A stretch of 35,823 nucleotides of DNA from an uncultured Rhodanobacteraceae bacterium (lineage in GTDB: Bacteria > Pseudomonadota > Gammaproteobacteria > Xanthomonadales > UBA2363): contig CAZUZT010000002.1 in assembly GCA_964624575.1 (NCBI GenBank), positions 1-35,823 of the forward strand. Direction: 5' to 3'. Positions 1-12,818 of this stretch are shown piece after piece. Both the position numbers and the translations under genes were made by a program. Below the pieces are notes generated by a model. The model searched no databases, was not told the DNA's origin, and saw nothing but the letters and a program-made list of their open reading frames with translations. The stretch's first letter is position 1. Every line of letters starts with the position of its first letter.

Positions 1-1
1 G

Positions 2-442
2 ATCACCCTGAACATGGGTGTGGGCGAGGCCGTGGGCAACAAGAAGGTGCTCGAGCACGCCGTGGGCGACATGGCCAAGATTGCCGGCCAGCGGCCGGTG
101 ACCCGCCTCAGCCGCAAGTCGGTGGCCAGCTTCAAGATTCGCGACGGTTGGCCGATCGGCTGCAAGGTGACGCTGCGTCGTCGCCGGATGTACGAGTTCC
201 TTGATCGCCTGGTCAGCGTTTCGCTGCCGCGCGTGCGTGACTTCCGTGGTATTTCCGGACGCTCGTTCGATGGCCGAGGCAACTACAACTTCGGTGTCAA
301 GGAACAGATCATTTTCCCGGAAATCGAATTCGATCAGGTCGATGCGTTGCGCGGCATGGACATCGCCATTGGCACCACGGCCAAGACCGATGCCGAGGCG
401 CGTGCGCTGCTCGAAGCCTTCGGTTTCCCGTTCCGCAACTGA
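2..442 (+). CDS. rplE: 50S ribosomal protein L5 (5'-truncated by window edge)
   Basis: Frame open from base 2 ([10 protein letters not shown]); L5 motifs [29 protein letters not shown]; first gene of the spc cluster in this window. Confidence 0.98.
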   Translation: MTLNMGVGEAVGNKKVLEHAVGDMAKIAGQRPVTRLSRKSVASFKIRDGWPIGCKVTLRRRRMYEFLDRLVSVSLPRVRDFRGISGRSFDGRGNYNFGVKEQIIFPEIEFDQVDALRGMDIAIGTTAKTDAEARALLEAFGFPFRN

Positions 443-465
443 TTCAACAGCAGGATACAGAACAG

Positions 466-771
466 ATGGCAAAGACAAGCATGGTCGAGCGTGAGCACAA
501 GCGTAAGAAGCTGGTGCAACGCTATGCCAAGAAGCGTGCCGAACTGAAGGCGGTGCTGATCGATCCGGACGCGTCCTATGAGGCGAAGATGGAAGCCAGC
601 GTCAAACTGCAGAAGCTGCCGCGTGACTCCTCGCCCGTGCGTGCGCGCAACCGCTGCGCGCTGACTGGTCGTCCCCGTGGTGTCTACCAGAAGTTCGGTC
701 TGGGCAGGAACAAGCTGCGCGAGGCGACCATGCGGGGCGATGTACCCGGGCTGCGCAAGGGCAGCTGGTAA
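466..771 (+). CDS. rpsN: 30S ribosomal protein S14 (long, 101 aa, form without Zn ribbon)
   Basis: [30 protein letters not shown]; single Cys; follows rplE. Confidence 0.98.
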   Translation: MAKTSMVEREHKRKKLVQRYAKKRAELKAVLIDPDASYEAKMEASVKLQKLPRDSSPVRARNRCALTGRPRGVYQKFGLGRNKLREATMRGDVPGLRKGSW

Positions 772-923
772 CCGCTGGCAGCAAGCCAGCCAGTACAAGA
801 GCGCCGGCCCGATTGTGGGCCTGGCACGCAAGTTGACGCGGCGGCGACGCCGGTTTCGGCTGCGGCGCCATCATTAGAGGCGGATATCGGTGCTGCAGAA
901 TATTCTTTGAAGGAATTGCATCC

Positions 924-1322
924 ATGAGCATGACTGATCCCATCGCCGACATGTTTTCGCGCATCAAGAATGCGCAGGGCGCTCGCAAGAAGAGCGTGCG
1001 CATGCCGGCTTCCAACCTGAAGGCGCAGATTGCCCAGGTCCTCAAGAGCGAAGGCTACATTGCCGATTACAGCACCCGCGAGGTCGGCACGGGCAAGAAG
1101 GAGATGGAAGTTCTCCTCAAGTACTTCGAAGGCCGTCCGGTGATCGACCGGCTGGACCGTTACAGCCGGCCTGGTCTGCGTCAGTACCGCGGCAAGAACG
1201 ACGTGCCGAAGGTGCTTGGTGGCCTGGGTGTGAGCATCGTGACCACCTCGTCGGGTGTGATGACCGACGCGCAGGCGCGCAGCAAGGGCCTGGGTGGCGA
1301 GATCATCGCCATGGTCGCCTGA
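924..1322 (+). CDS. rpsH: 30S ribosomal protein S8
   Basis: [30 protein letters not shown]; SD AAGGA upstream. Confidence 0.98.
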   Translation: MSMTDPIADMFSRIKNAQGARKKSVRMPASNLKAQIAQVLKSEGYIADYSTREVGTGKKEMEVLLKYFEGRPVIDRLDRYSRPGLRQYRGKNDVPKVLGGLGVSIVTTSSGVMTDAQARSKGLGGEIIAMVA

Positions 1323-1333
1323 GGAGATAGAAG

Positions 1334-1861
1334 ATGTCACGAGTCGCAAAAATGCCAATCACCCTGCCCAAGGGTGTCGAACTCCAGATCGGCGAGGAGC
1401 AGATCCAGGTCAAGGGCCCGATGGGCAACCTCAATGGCCCGCGCCCTGAGGGCATCGATGTCGTCCTGGAGGACGGCACGGTGCGCGTCAGCGCCCGCAA
1501 CGATGCCGACTGGGCGATGGCCGGTACCCTGCGCTCCCTGGTCGAGAACATGACCATCGGTGTCAGCGAGGGTTACCAGCGCAAGCTGGAACTGGTCGGC
1601 GTGGGTTACCGCGCCGCCATGCAGGGCAAGGATCTCAATCTGAGCCTGGGTTTTTCCCACCCGGTGGTGTTCAAGGCCCCCGAGGGCGTGACCCTGGAGA
1701 CGCCGACCCAGACCGAGATCCTGATCAAGGGCACGGACAAGCAGCGGGTCGGTCAGGCCGCCGCGGATATCCGGTCATTCCGTCCGCCCGAGCCGTACAA
1801 GGGCAAGGGAATTCGTTATTCCGGCGAGAAGATCGTCATGAAGGAAGCCAAGAAGGCCTGA
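1334..1861 (+). CDS. rplF: 50S ribosomal protein L6
   Basis: [37 protein letters not shown]; SD GAGGAG. Confidence 0.98.
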   Translation: MSRVAKMPITLPKGVELQIGEEQIQVKGPMGNLNGPRPEGIDVVLEDGTVRVSARNDADWAMAGTLRSLVENMTIGVSEGYQRKLELVGVGYRAAMQGKDLNLSLGFSHPVVFKAPEGVTLETPTQTEILIKGTDKQRVGQAAADIRSFRPPEPYKGKGIRYSGEKIVMKEAKKA

Positions 1862-1868
1862 TGCGGAG

Positions 1869-2231
1869 ATGAGCAACGTGGACAAGAACCAATCCCGCCT
1901 GCGCCGTGCCAAGCGCACCCGCATTCATATCCGCGACCTGGGCATGGCGCGCCTGAGCGTGCACCGCACCGGGCAGCATATCTACGCCCAGGTGTTCAGT
2001 GCCCAGGGTGACACCGTGGTTGCTGCCGCCTCGACCTTGCAGAAGTCGGTGCGCGATGGCCTCAACGGCACCAAGAACAAGGATGCGGCCATCGCCGTGG
2101 GTCGCGCCGTGGCCGAGGCTGCCCTGGCCAAGGGTGTCGACCAGGTCGCCTTCGACCGGTCCGGTTACCGCTACCACGGTCGGGTCAAGGCCCTGGCCGA
2201 CGCGGCCCGCGAAGCCGGCCTGAAGTTCTGA
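1869..2231 (+). CDS. rplR: 50S ribosomal protein L18
   Basis: [40 protein letters not shown]. Confidence 0.98.
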   Translation: MSNVDKNQSRLRRAKRTRIHIRDLGMARLSVHRTGQHIYAQVFSAQGDTVVAAASTLQKSVRDGLNGTKNKDAAIAVGRAVAEAALAKGVDQVAFDRSGYRYHGRVKALADAAREAGLKF

Positions 2232-2254
2232 TCACCGATTCGAGATAACAAGTT

Positions 2255-2773
2255 ATGGCTATTCAACGCGACAACCGCGACAAGAACGACGACGGCATGA
2301 TCGAAAAGCTGATCTCCGTGAACCGTGTTTCCAAGACGGTGAAGGGTGGACGGATTTTCGGCTTTGCCGCGTTGACCGTGGTCGGTGATGGTGCCGGCAA
2401 GGTCGGCTTTGGCTACGGAAAGGCGCGCGAAGTGCCGTTGGCGATCCAGAAGTCGATGGAACGGGCGCGCAAGAACATGGTCGATGTGGCCCTCAATGAG
2501 GGCACGATCTGGTATCCGGTCACCGCCGTGCACGGTGCTGCCAAGGTATTCATGCAGCCGGCTGCCGAAGGTACCGGCGTGATCGCCGGTGGCGCCATGC
2601 GCGCGGTCTTCGAGGTCGTGGGCGTGCGCAACATCCTGTCCAAGGCCCAAGGCTCGCGCAATCCGATCAACCTGGTGCGGGCTACCGTTTACGGTCTGCG
2701 GGACATGGCATCGCCGGCCCGCATCGCGGCCAAGCGCGGAAAGAAAGTAGAGGAGCTGATCGGTGGCAATTGA
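2255..2773 (+). CDS. rpsE: 30S ribosomal protein S5
   Basis: [33 protein letters not shown]. Confidence 0.98.
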   Translation: MAIQRDNRDKNDDGMIEKLISVNRVSKTVKGGRIFGFAALTVVGDGAGKVGFGYGKAREVPLAIQKSMERARKNMVDVALNEGTIWYPVTAVHGAAKVFMQPAAEGTGVIAGGAMRAVFEVVGVRNILSKAQGSRNPINLVRATVYGLRDMASPARIAAKRGKKVEELIGGN

Positions 2774-2954
2774 TAACGACAAGACGGTCAAGGTGCGCCT
2801 GGTCAAGAGCCTGCGTGGCTGCCAGCAGCGGCACCGTCTGAGCGTGCGTGCGCTGGGTCTGCGCAAGATCAACGACGTACGTGAACTGAAGGATTCCCCC
2901 AGTGTGCGCGGCCTGATCAACCAGGTCGGCTACCTGATCCAAATCGAGGGCTAA
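2763..2954 (+). CDS. rpmD: 50S ribosomal protein L30
   Basis: [25 protein letters not shown]; GTG start with GAGGAG SD, overlapping the end of rpsE; lies between rpsE and rplO. Confidence 0.95.
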   Translation: MAIDNDKTVKVRLVKSLRGCQQRHRLSVRALGLRKINDVRELKDSPSVRGLINQVGYLIQIEG

Positions 2955-2958
2955 GGAC

Positions 2959-3393
2959 ATGCGTCTGAACGACATTTCACCGGCCAAGGGTGCCCGCAAG
3001 GAACGTACCCGCGTTGGCCGTGGCATCGGTTCGGGCCTGGGCAAGACCGCCGGCCGTGGCCACAAGGGCCAGCATTCCCGTTCCGGCAAGGGCAAGGTCA
3101 AGGCCGGCTTCGAAGGCGGCCAGATGCCGCTGCAGCGTCGCCTGCCCAAGATCGGCTTCCGCTCCCGGACCAGCCACGAGTGCGACCAGGTGATGCTCTA
3201 CCAGCTGGAAGCCCTGGCACTGGACAGCGTCGATTTCGCCGCGCTGCAGGCGGCAGGTCTGGTCAGTCGTCTTGCCGTGCGCGCCAAGATCGTCAAGAAG
3301 GGTGAACTCAGCCGTGCCTTGGCAATCAAGGGCGTGGCCGTTACCGCCGGTGCCCGCGAGGCCATCCTCGCCGCCGGCGGCAGCGTCGAGTAA
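2959..3393 (+). CDS. rplO: 50S ribosomal protein L15
   Basis: [36 protein letters not shown]. Confidence 0.98.
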   Translation: MRLNDISPAKGARKERTRVGRGIGSGLGKTAGRGHKGQHSRSGKGKVKAGFEGGQMPLQRRLPKIGFRSRTSHECDQVMLYQLEALALDSVDFAALQAAGLVSRLAVRAKIVKKGELSRALAIKGVAVTAGAREAILAAGGSVE

Positions 3394-3422
3394 ACCCACA
3401 TCATCGGAATATCGGAGTCGTC

Positions 3423-4772
3423 GTGGCGATAAATACGCCCAAGGCAGGAGCCCTGGCCGGACTTGGCAAGCTGACCGAATTGCGTCAGCGCCTGATGTTC
3501 GTGATTGGTGCCCTGATTGTCTATCGCCTGGGAACCTTCATCCCGGTTCCCGGGGTCAATCCGGAAGCCATGGCCCAGTTCATGGACCAGCAAAGCGGCA
3601 CCATCGTCGACATGTTCAACATGTTTTCCGGTGGTGCTCTGGAGCGGTTCTCGATCTTCGCCATCGGCATCATTCCGTACATCTCGGCCTCGATCATCGT
3701 GCAGTTGATGGCGGCCGTGCTGCCCAGCCTGCAGGCGGTGAAGAAGGAAGGCGAGTCCGGCCGGCGCAAGCTGACCCAGTGGACCCGCTACGGTACCGTC
3801 GGGCTGGCCGCTTTCCAGGCCGCCGGCGTCGCCATCGCACTGCAGAATCAGGGTCTTGGCAGTGGCATGTCCGTGGTCATCAACCCGGGCGCAGGCTTCG
3901 TCTTCAGTGCCGTGGTCGGGCTCACCGCCGGCACCATGTTCCTGATGTGGCTGGGTGAGCAGATCACCGAGCGCGGTGTTGGCAACGGTATTTCGCTGAT
4001 CATCTTCGCCGGCATCGTGGCCGGGCTGCCGTCGGGCATCGCCGCCACCCTGGAGCTGGCACGCAATGGCGACCTCAGTCCGCTGACGGTAATGATGATT
4101 CTGGTGCTGGTCCTGGGAGTCACCCTGTTCGTGGTGTTCATGGAGCGTGCCCAGCGCCGGATACCGGTCAACTATGCGCGCCGCCAGGGCGGGCGCAACG
4201 CCTACATGAACCAGAGTTCGCATCTGCCGCTGAAGTTGAACATGGCCGGCGTCATTCCTGCCATCTTCGCCTCCAGCATCATCCTGTTCCCGGCTACCGC
4301 CGCCTCGTGGTTCGGCAGCGGTACCGGCACCGGGATCCTGCAGACGATCTCCAACGCGCTGTCGCCGGGCGAGCTGTTGTACCTGGTGCTGTATGGCGGC
4401 CTGATTGCCGGATTCACCTTCTTCTATACCGCCATCGTCTTCAATTCGCAGGAGACGGCGGAGAACCTGAAGAAGTCCGGTGCATTGATACCGGGCATCC
4501 GGCCTGGCAAGGCCACTGCGGACTACATCGACGGTGTCCTCACCCGGCTGACCACCGCGGGTGCGGCCTACATGGTGGCGGTCTGCCTGTTGCCTGAATT
4601 CATGCGCTCGGGCTGGAACGTGCCGTTCTATTTCGGCGGTACCTCGCTGCTGATCGTGGTGGTGGTGGTCATGGACTTCACCTCACAGATCCAGTCGCAC
4701 CTGATGTCACATCAGTATGAGAGCCTTCTGAAGAAGGCGAACCTCAAGGGTTATGGCCGCACCCGGGCTTGA
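3423..4772 (+). CDS. secY: Preprotein translocase subunit SecY
   Basis: [65 protein letters not shown]; GTG start with GGAG SD. Confidence 0.98.
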   Translation: MAINTPKAGALAGLGKLTELRQRLMFVIGALIVYRLGTFIPVPGVNPEAMAQFMDQQSGTIVDMFNMFSGGALERFSIFAIGIIPYISASIIVQLMAAVLPSLQAVKKEGESGRRKLTQWTRYGTVGLAAFQAAGVAIALQNQGLGSGMSVVINPGAGFVFSAVVGLTAGTMFLMWLGEQITERGVGNGISLIIFAGIVAGLPSGIAATLELARNGDLSPLTVMMILVLVLGVTLFVVFMERAQRRIPVNYARRQGGRNAYMNQSSHLPLKLNMAGVIPAIFASSIILFPATAASWFGSGTGTGILQTISNALSPGELLYLVLYGGLIAGFTFFYTAIVFNSQETAENLKKSGALIPGIRPGKATADYIDGVLTRLTTAGAAYMVAVCLLPEFMRSGWNVPFYFGGTSLLIVVVVVMDFTSQIQSHLMSHQYESLLKKANLKGYGRTRA

Positions 4773-4786
4773 GTGGCGAAAGCTGC

Positions 4787-4816
4787 TTGTGGTCCATGGC
4801 GGGGCTGTAGTATAAT
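4787..4816 (+). promoter_or_regulatory. Sigma70 promoter of the alpha operon
   Basis: Perfect TATAAT at 4811-4816; TTGTGG at 4787-4792 (18-nt spacer); 42 nt upstream of the rpsM ATG. Confidence 0.7.
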
Positions 4817-4858
4817 TTTTTGTTCACTGCGCTTTAGTGAGATTCGGAGACGCAACGC

Positions 4859-5215
4859 ATGGCGCGTATCGCAGGTGTCAATCTTCCGATCCAGAAACAT
4901 GTCTGGATCGGTCTTACCAGTATTTACGGGATCGGCCGGTCTAGCGCCAGGAAGGTCTGCCAGGACGCAGGCGTCCAGGAAACCACGAAGATCCGCGACC
5001 TGACCGAAGCCGAGGTTGAAAGCCTGCGCGCCGAGATCGGAAAGTTGGCTGTCGAGGGTGATCTGCGGCGCGAGAATGCGATGAGCATCAAGCGTCTGAT
5101 CGACTTGGGCACCTTCCGCGGCCTGCGTCACCGCAAGGGCCTGCCGCTGCGCGGCCAGCGCACCCGGACCAACGCACGCACCCGCAAGGGCCCGCGTCGT
5201 CCGATCCGCAAGTAA
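4859..5215 (+). CDS. rpsM: 30S ribosomal protein S13
   Basis: [44 protein letters not shown]. Confidence 0.98.
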   Translation: MARIAGVNLPIQKHVWIGLTSIYGIGRSSARKVCQDAGVQETTKIRDLTEAEVESLRAEIGKLAVEGDLRRENAMSIKRLIDLGTFRGLRHRKGLPLRGQRTRTNARTRKGPRRPIRK

Positions 5216-5310
5216 TTCCACCGGTTTCAGGGTGCAATCTTCTGGCCGGCCGTGAGGCCGGCCACGCGCCCGGGCCGATAAAAGCAACAGTCACCAGGAA
5301 CGGCATCATC

Positions 5311-5703
<393 letters not shown>

Positions 5704-5715
5704 GGAAGTACCCAC

Positions 5716-6345
<630 letters not shown>

Positions 6346-6368
6346 TCGGAAATTCGGAGAAAGCCTGA

Positions 6369-7364
6369 ATGGCAAGTTCCTCCATCAATATTCTCAGTCC
6401 CCGCGGTGTCACCGTGGAGAAGCTGGGCCCGCACCGGGCCAAGGTTGTGGTTGAGCCGCTGGAGCGCGGTTTTGGCCACACCCTGGGCAACGCGTTGCGT
6501 CGTGTCCTGCTGTCATCCATCCCCGGTGCTGCCGTGGTTGAGGCCGAGATCGACGGCGTCCTGCACGAATACACCACCGTGGAAGGGCTCCAGGAAGATG
6601 TACTGGAGGTGCTGCTCAACCTCAAGGACGTCGCCATCCTCCTTAACGGACGTGATGAGACCATGGTCGAGCTCAGCCGCAAGGGCACGGGCGTGATCAC
6701 GGCAGGCGACATCCAGGGCGATGCCAGTGTCGAGATCGTCAATCCCGACCATGTCATCGCGCACCTGACCAAGGATATCGACTTCAGCATGCGTCTGAAG
6801 ATCGTCCGCGGCCTGGGTTACCAGCCGGCGACCTCACGCGAAGAGGATGACGAGTCGCGCCCGATCGGACGCCTGCAGCTGGATGCTTCGTTCTGCCCGG
6901 TCCGCCGCGTCGCCTATGAAGTCGATGCCGCCCGTGTCGAACAGCATACCGATCTGGACCGGCTGATCCTGGACGTGGAAACCAACGGCACCATCGAGGC
7001 CGAGGACGCGGTACGCCAGGCGGCCGAGATCCTGGCCCACCAGATCTCGATCTTCGGCGATTTCTCCCGTGTCGAGCCAGAAGCCTCCCGTGATGAAGCC
7101 GCGGGCTTCGACCCGATGCTGCTGCGCCCGATCGACGACCTGGAGCTGACCGTGCGATCGGCCAACTGCCTGAAGGCCGAGAGCATCTACTACATCGGCG
7201 ACCTTATCCAGCGCTCGGAGGTCGAGCTGCTCAAGACCCCGAACCTGGGCAAGAAATCGCTTACCGAGATCAAGGATGTGCTCGCCGCCCACGGCCTGTC
7301 TTTGGGCATGAAGCTTGAGAACTGGCCGCCGGCCGGTCTTGGCTCGGGCATGATGGCCGGCTGA
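6369..7364 (+). CDS. rpoA: DNA-directed RNA polymerase subunit alpha
   Basis: [22 protein letters not shown]; alpha[31 protein letters not shown]. Confidence 0.99.
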   Translation: MASSSINILSPRGVTVEKLGPHRAKVVVEPLERGFGHTLGNALRRVLLSSIPGAAVVEAEIDGVLHEYTTVEGLQEDVLEVLLNLKDVAILLNGRDETMVELSRKGTGVITAGDIQGDASVEIVNPDHVIAHLTKDIDFSMRLKIVRGLGYQPATSREEDDESRPIGRLQLDASFCPVRRVAYEVDAARVEQHTDLDRLILDVETNGTIEAEDAVRQAAEILAHQISIFGDFSRVEPEASRDEAAGFDPMLLRPIDDLELTVRSANCLKAESIYYIGDLIQRSEVELLKTPNLGKKSLTEIKDVLAAHGLSLGMKLENWPPAGLGSGMMAG

Positions 7365-7408
7365 GGCCGGCCGGTAAAACCACAAGAAACACCTGAGGAA
7401 TCACAGCC

Positions 7409-7801
7409 ATGCGCCACCGCAATTCCGGACGCAAGTTCAGCCGTACCAGCAGTCATCGCGACATGATGTTCCGCAATATGTCGGCGAGCCTGATCGAGCA
7501 TGAAATCATCAAGACCACCCTGCCCAAGGCCAAGGAACTGCGCCGGATTGCCGAGCCGCTGATCACCCTGGCCAAGTCCGACGGCGTGGCCAATCGCCGC
7601 CTGGCGTTTTCCCGGTTGCGCAGCAAGGAAGCGGTGGGCAAGCTGTTTGTTGAGCTGGGCCCGCGTTACCAGGCCCGCCCCGGCGGATACCTGCGTATCC
7701 TCAAGTGCGGCAACCGTCCGGGTGACAATGCGCCGATGGCGTACGTTGAGTTGGTTGACCGGCCGGATGCCGACGCCGCGACGGCCGCCAGCGACGATTG
7801 A
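7409..7801 (+). CDS. rplQ: 50S ribosomal protein L17
   Basis: [43 protein letters not shown]. Confidence 0.98.
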   Translation: MRHRNSGRKFSRTSSHRDMMFRNMSASLIEHEIIKTTLPKAKELRRIAEPLITLAKSDGVANRRLAFSRLRSKEAVGKLFVELGPRYQARPGGYLRILKCGNRPGDNAPMAYVELVDRPDADAATAASDD

Positions 7802-7828
7802 TCGCTTGACGATTGAAGGCTTTCGAAC

Positions 7829-7866
7829 AGCCCGGAGCGGGGAACCTCTCCGGGCTTTGTCGTTTT
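7829..7866 (+). terminator. Intrinsic terminator of the alpha operon
   Basis: 9-bp stem AGCCCGGAG (7829-7837) / CTCCGGGCT (7848-7856) followed by TTGTCGTTTT, 27 nt after the rplQ stop. Confidence 0.8.
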
Positions 7867-8062
7867 CCGGCTTCCGCTCCACCTGATCCGCGGGCCAGCC
7901 GCAGCGGGCCGCGACACCGGCATCGGCGGGTGAGTGCCGGCTTTCCGGCACGGGTATCCTGCCGTTGCCGGATAGCGCGACACCTGACAGTGAGTGCCTG
8001 ATGGGCCGGATTCAGTCGCGACACTGGCGCGGCCTGACCTGGCAATGCAAAGGAAGATCACC

Positions 8063-8557
8063 ATGATTTCTTATCGCAGCGCGTGTGCAATCGGCTTCCT
8101 GGCCTGCGTTGGGCTCATGACCTATGCCCTGTACGCGCAGCATGGGCTGGGCCTGGAGCCCTGTCCGCTGTGCATCTTCCAGCGTGTGGCGGTGATCGCC
8201 ACCGGCCTGGTGTTCCTGGCCGGCAGCCTTCACGGCCCCAGGGCTGGCGGGCGCTGGCTGTATGGCGGCCTGGCGGCATTGGCCGCCAGTATCGGCGCCG
8301 GCATCGCCGGACGGCACGTCTGGCTGCAATCGTTGCCGGCTGAAGATGTGCCGGCCTGCGGCCCGGGTCTGGACTATATGATGGAGGCGTTTCCGCTGCA
8401 GCAGGTGTTGCGCCGGGTGTTCAGCGGTTCGGGCGAATGTGCGCAGATCGACTGGACCTTCCTGGGCCTGTCGATGCCGACTTGGACTCTGGTGTGTTTC
8501 ATTGGCCTGGTGGCGTGGGCACTGGCCATGCCCCTGCTGTCGCGGCCGCGGGCATGA
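8063..8557 (+). CDS. dsbB: Disulfide bond formation protein DsbB
   Basis: PCPLCIFQR motif, GRHVWLQ, second Cys pair (PACGPG...SGECA), four hydrophobic segments; start placed at ATG 8063 after SD AAGGA. Confidence 0.93.
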   Translation: MISYRSACAIGFLACVGLMTYALYAQHGLGLEPCPLCIFQRVAVIATGLVFLAGSLHGPRAGGRWLYGGLAALAASIGAGIAGRHVWLQSLPAEDVPACGPGLDYMMEAFPLQQVLRRVFSGSGECAQIDWTFLGLSMPTWTLVCFIGLVAWALAMPLLSRPRA

Positions 8558-9951
8558 GCGGCAAGCCCCTGCCGGCGGTGCAGACCGTCGCCCCGGCGGC
8601 CGACTGGCAGCCGGACAGCTGGCGCGGCCATCCGGCCAGTCAGCAACCCCGTTACGACGATCCGGTGCAGCTGCAGCGGGCCATGGAGCAGCTGGCTGGA
8701 TTGCCGCCACTGGTATCGTCGGCTGAGATTCTGGGCCTGAAGCAGCAACTGGCGGCCGCGGCCGCCGGCCGCGGCTTCCTGCTCCAGGGCGGCGACTGCG
8801 CCGAAAGCTTCGATGACTGCCGGGCACCGGTGGTCGCCGACCGGCTCAAGATCCTGTTGCAGATGAGTCTGGTGCTGGTGCACGGCCTGCAGATGCCGGT
8901 GTTGCGCGTGGGCCGCTTTGCCGGCCAGTATGCCAAGCCGCGGTCAGCCGATATCGAAACCCGCGACGGCGTGAGCCTGCCCAGCTACCGCGGCGATATG
9001 GTCAATGGCGATGCCTTCGACGCGGCCAGCCGTCGTCCTGACCCGGCGCGTCTGGTCCAGGCCCATGCCTATTCGGCAATGACGCTGAACTTTGTAAGGG
9101 CATTGATCGATGGCGGTTTCGCCGACCTGCACCATCCCGAGTACTGGGATCTTGCCTGGGTCCGGCACTCGCCCCTGGAGGCCGAATACCGGCGCCTGGT
9201 CGACAACATTGGCGAGTCGATCCGGTTCATGGAAACCCTGGTCGGCGATGCCCTGCCGGGCCTGAACCGGGCCAACTTCTATACCTCGCATGAGGCCCTG
9301 GTGCTGCCCTACGAGCAGGCCGCAACCCGGCAGGTGCCGCGGCAGTGGGGTTGGTTCAACCTGGGTACGCATTACCCGTGGATCGGCATGCGTACGGCCG
9401 ACCTGGAGGGTGCCCACGTCGAGTATTTCCGCGGCATCCGCAACCCGATCGCGGTCAAGGTCGGACCGGCAATGACCGCCGAGCAGCTGTTGCGGCTGGT
9501 CGACCGCCTGGACCCGGACAACGAACCCGGCCGGCTGACCCTGATCCATCGCATGGGTGCCGGCCAGATAAGCCAGTGCCTGCCGCCGTTGTTGCAGGCG
9601 ATCCGGCGCAGCGGCCGGCAGCTACTGTGGTGCTGTGATCCGATGCACGGCAATACCGAGACCGTGGCCGGCGGCATCAAGACCCGCCGCTTCGATACCA
9701 TCCGGAGCGAGCTCGAGCTGGCCTTCGACCTGCATGCACAGGCCGGTACGCGCCTGGGCGGTGTCCATCTGGAACTGACCGCCGACAACGTTACCGAGTG
9801 CCTGGGCGGTGCCCGGGATCTGGCCGAGGCAGATCTGGCCCGTGCCTACCGGTCGCGGGTGGATCCGCGCCTTAACTACGAGCAGGCGCTGGAACTGGCG
9901 ATGCTGATCGTGCGCAAGCACCGACAGGACAGGCAGCCCACAGTGGCGTGA
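8554..9951 (+). CDS. 3-deoxy-7-phosphoheptulonate (DAHP) synthase, class II
   Basis: [59 protein letters not shown]; ATGA overlap with the dsbB stop. Confidence 0.95.
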   Translation: MSGKPLPAVQTVAPAADWQPDSWRGHPASQQPRYDDPVQLQRAMEQLAGLPPLVSSAEILGLKQQLAAAAAGRGFLLQGGDCAESFDDCRAPVVADRLKILLQMSLVLVHGLQMPVLRVGRFAGQYAKPRSADIETRDGVSLPSYRGDMVNGDAFDAASRRPDPARLVQAHAYSAMTLNFVRALIDGGFADLHHPEYWDLAWVRHSPLEAEYRRLVDNIGESIRFMETLVGDALPGLNRANFYTSHEALVLPYEQAATRQVPRQWGWFNLGTHYPWIGMRTADLEGAHVEYFRGIRNPIAVKVGPAMTAEQLLRLVDRLDPDNEPGRLTLIHRMGAGQISQCLPPLLQAIRRSGRQLLWCCDPMHGNTETVAGGIKTRRFDTIRSELELAFDLHAQAGTRLGGVHLELTADNVTECLGGARDLAEADLARAYRSRVDPRLNYEQALELAMLIVRKHRQDRQPTVA

Positions 9952-9972
9952 GTCGGGCAGGGTCCGCGACCG

Positions 9973-9997
9973 CTGCCGCCGCGCCGGCGGACGGCAG
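9973..9997. terminator. GC-rich hairpin between convergent DAHP synthase and typA genes (possible terminator)
   Basis: CTGCCG-CCGC / GCGG-A-CGGCAG stem with a 4-nt loop; no U-tract on either strand. Confidence 0.3.
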
Positions 9998-10024
9998 GGT
10001 GCGATGCTGCGATCGGGTAGTGGT

Positions 10025-11857
<1,833 letters not shown>

Positions 11858-11897
11858 GGGTTCGCCCGTAGGGGCTGTCAAAGGCTGATCGGGCCTC

Positions 11898-11903
11898 ATT
11901 ATA
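11898..11903 (-). promoter_or_regulatory. -10 element of typA promoter
   Basis: Perfect TATAAT on the minus strand 40 nt upstream of the typA ATG; no recognisable -35. Confidence 0.55.
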
Positions 11904-12072
11904 ACTGTTGACGGCCGTGCTTGCTGCGGCGCAACAAGTCGGGCATGGCTGCCGGTCAGCGGTGTCGGCTGAACGGATGCCGGTGCCGGCTCTGTCATAC
12001 TGTCGGCCGTTTTTTCCACCTTCGCCCTGCGGCCTTCGCTGCTGCGGGGATTCCCCAATCAATGGAGTGCCC

Positions 12073-12576
12073 ATGTCCAACCTGAGCGCAACCTTCAATA
12101 CCGCTCGCGGCCCGATCCGGCTGCGCCTGTTCGCCGAGCAGGCGCCGGTGACCGTCGCCAACTTCGTCAACCTGGCCCGGCGCGGCTTCTACGATGGCCT
12201 GAACTTCCACCGGGTGATCCCCGATTTCATGGTCCAGGGCGGTTGCCCGCAGGGCACCGGCACCGGCGGCCCCGGCTACCGCTTCGAGGACGAGTGCCGC
12301 CCCGAACTGCGTCATGACAAGCCCGGCATCCTGTCGATGGCCAACGCCGGCCCCGGCACCAATGGCTCGCAGTTCTTCATCACCCATGGCGCCACGCCGT
12401 GGCTGGATGGCAAGCACACGGTCTTTGGTGAGGTCGTCGATGGCCAGGACCAGGCTGTGGTCGACGCCATCAGCCAGGGTGACCGGATCGAGTCGGTGAC
12501 CATCCAGGGTGATGCCGATGCCCTGCTGGAAGCACAATCCGCGCGCGTTGCCGAATGGAACAAGGCCCTGGGCTGA
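12073..12576 (+). CDS. Cyclophilin-type peptidyl-prolyl cis-trans isomerase
   Basis: [47 protein letters not shown]; ATG 12073 after GGAG. Confidence 0.96.
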   Translation: MSNLSATFNTARGPIRLRLFAEQAPVTVANFVNLARRGFYDGLNFHRVIPDFMVQGGCPQGTGTGGPGYRFEDECRPELRHDKPGILSMANAGPGTNGSQFFITHGATPWLDGKHTVFGEVVDGQDQAVVDAISQGDRIESVTIQGDADALLEAQSARVAEWNKALG

Positions 12577-12779
12577 GCCCTCGCAATCCTCGCCGCCAGC
12601 CCGGCGCCGGTCCTGCCCTGGTGGGCTGCCGATGCCCCAGACCGGCGCTCGCTGCCGGCGGCTGGTTACCCTTCAGAGCTGGCTGGCGTTGCGGCCGCCC
12701 GGCGGACGGCTCGACGCCCCGGCACGGTAGCGTTACCATCCGGGCCGTTTTGTGCGCTGCGGGAACGGGCAGCGCCGCG

Positions 12780-12788
12780 TGGTAAAAT
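12780..12788 (+). promoter_or_regulatory. Extended -10 promoter for the aminotransferase gene
   Basis: TG-G-TAAAAT (TGnTANNNT) 30 nt upstream of ATG 12819. Confidence 0.55.
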
Positions 12789-12818
12789 CCGCAACCCGCT
12801 TATCCGGTGGAGATCTCA

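Noticed and set aside
833-861. TTGACG as an internal promoter for rpsH
   Set aside because: No TANNNT at 16-18 nt spacing.
4773-5003. 76-aa ORF after secY as a possible rpmJ
   Set aside because: No L36 motifs, and it overlaps rpsM out of frame.
7994-8062. Extended N-termini in the ORF track (dsbB here; also DAHP synthase, typA, cyclophilin, efp and both acyltransferases)
   Set aside because: Downstream starts fit the family N-termini, SD motifs or stop-start overlaps better.
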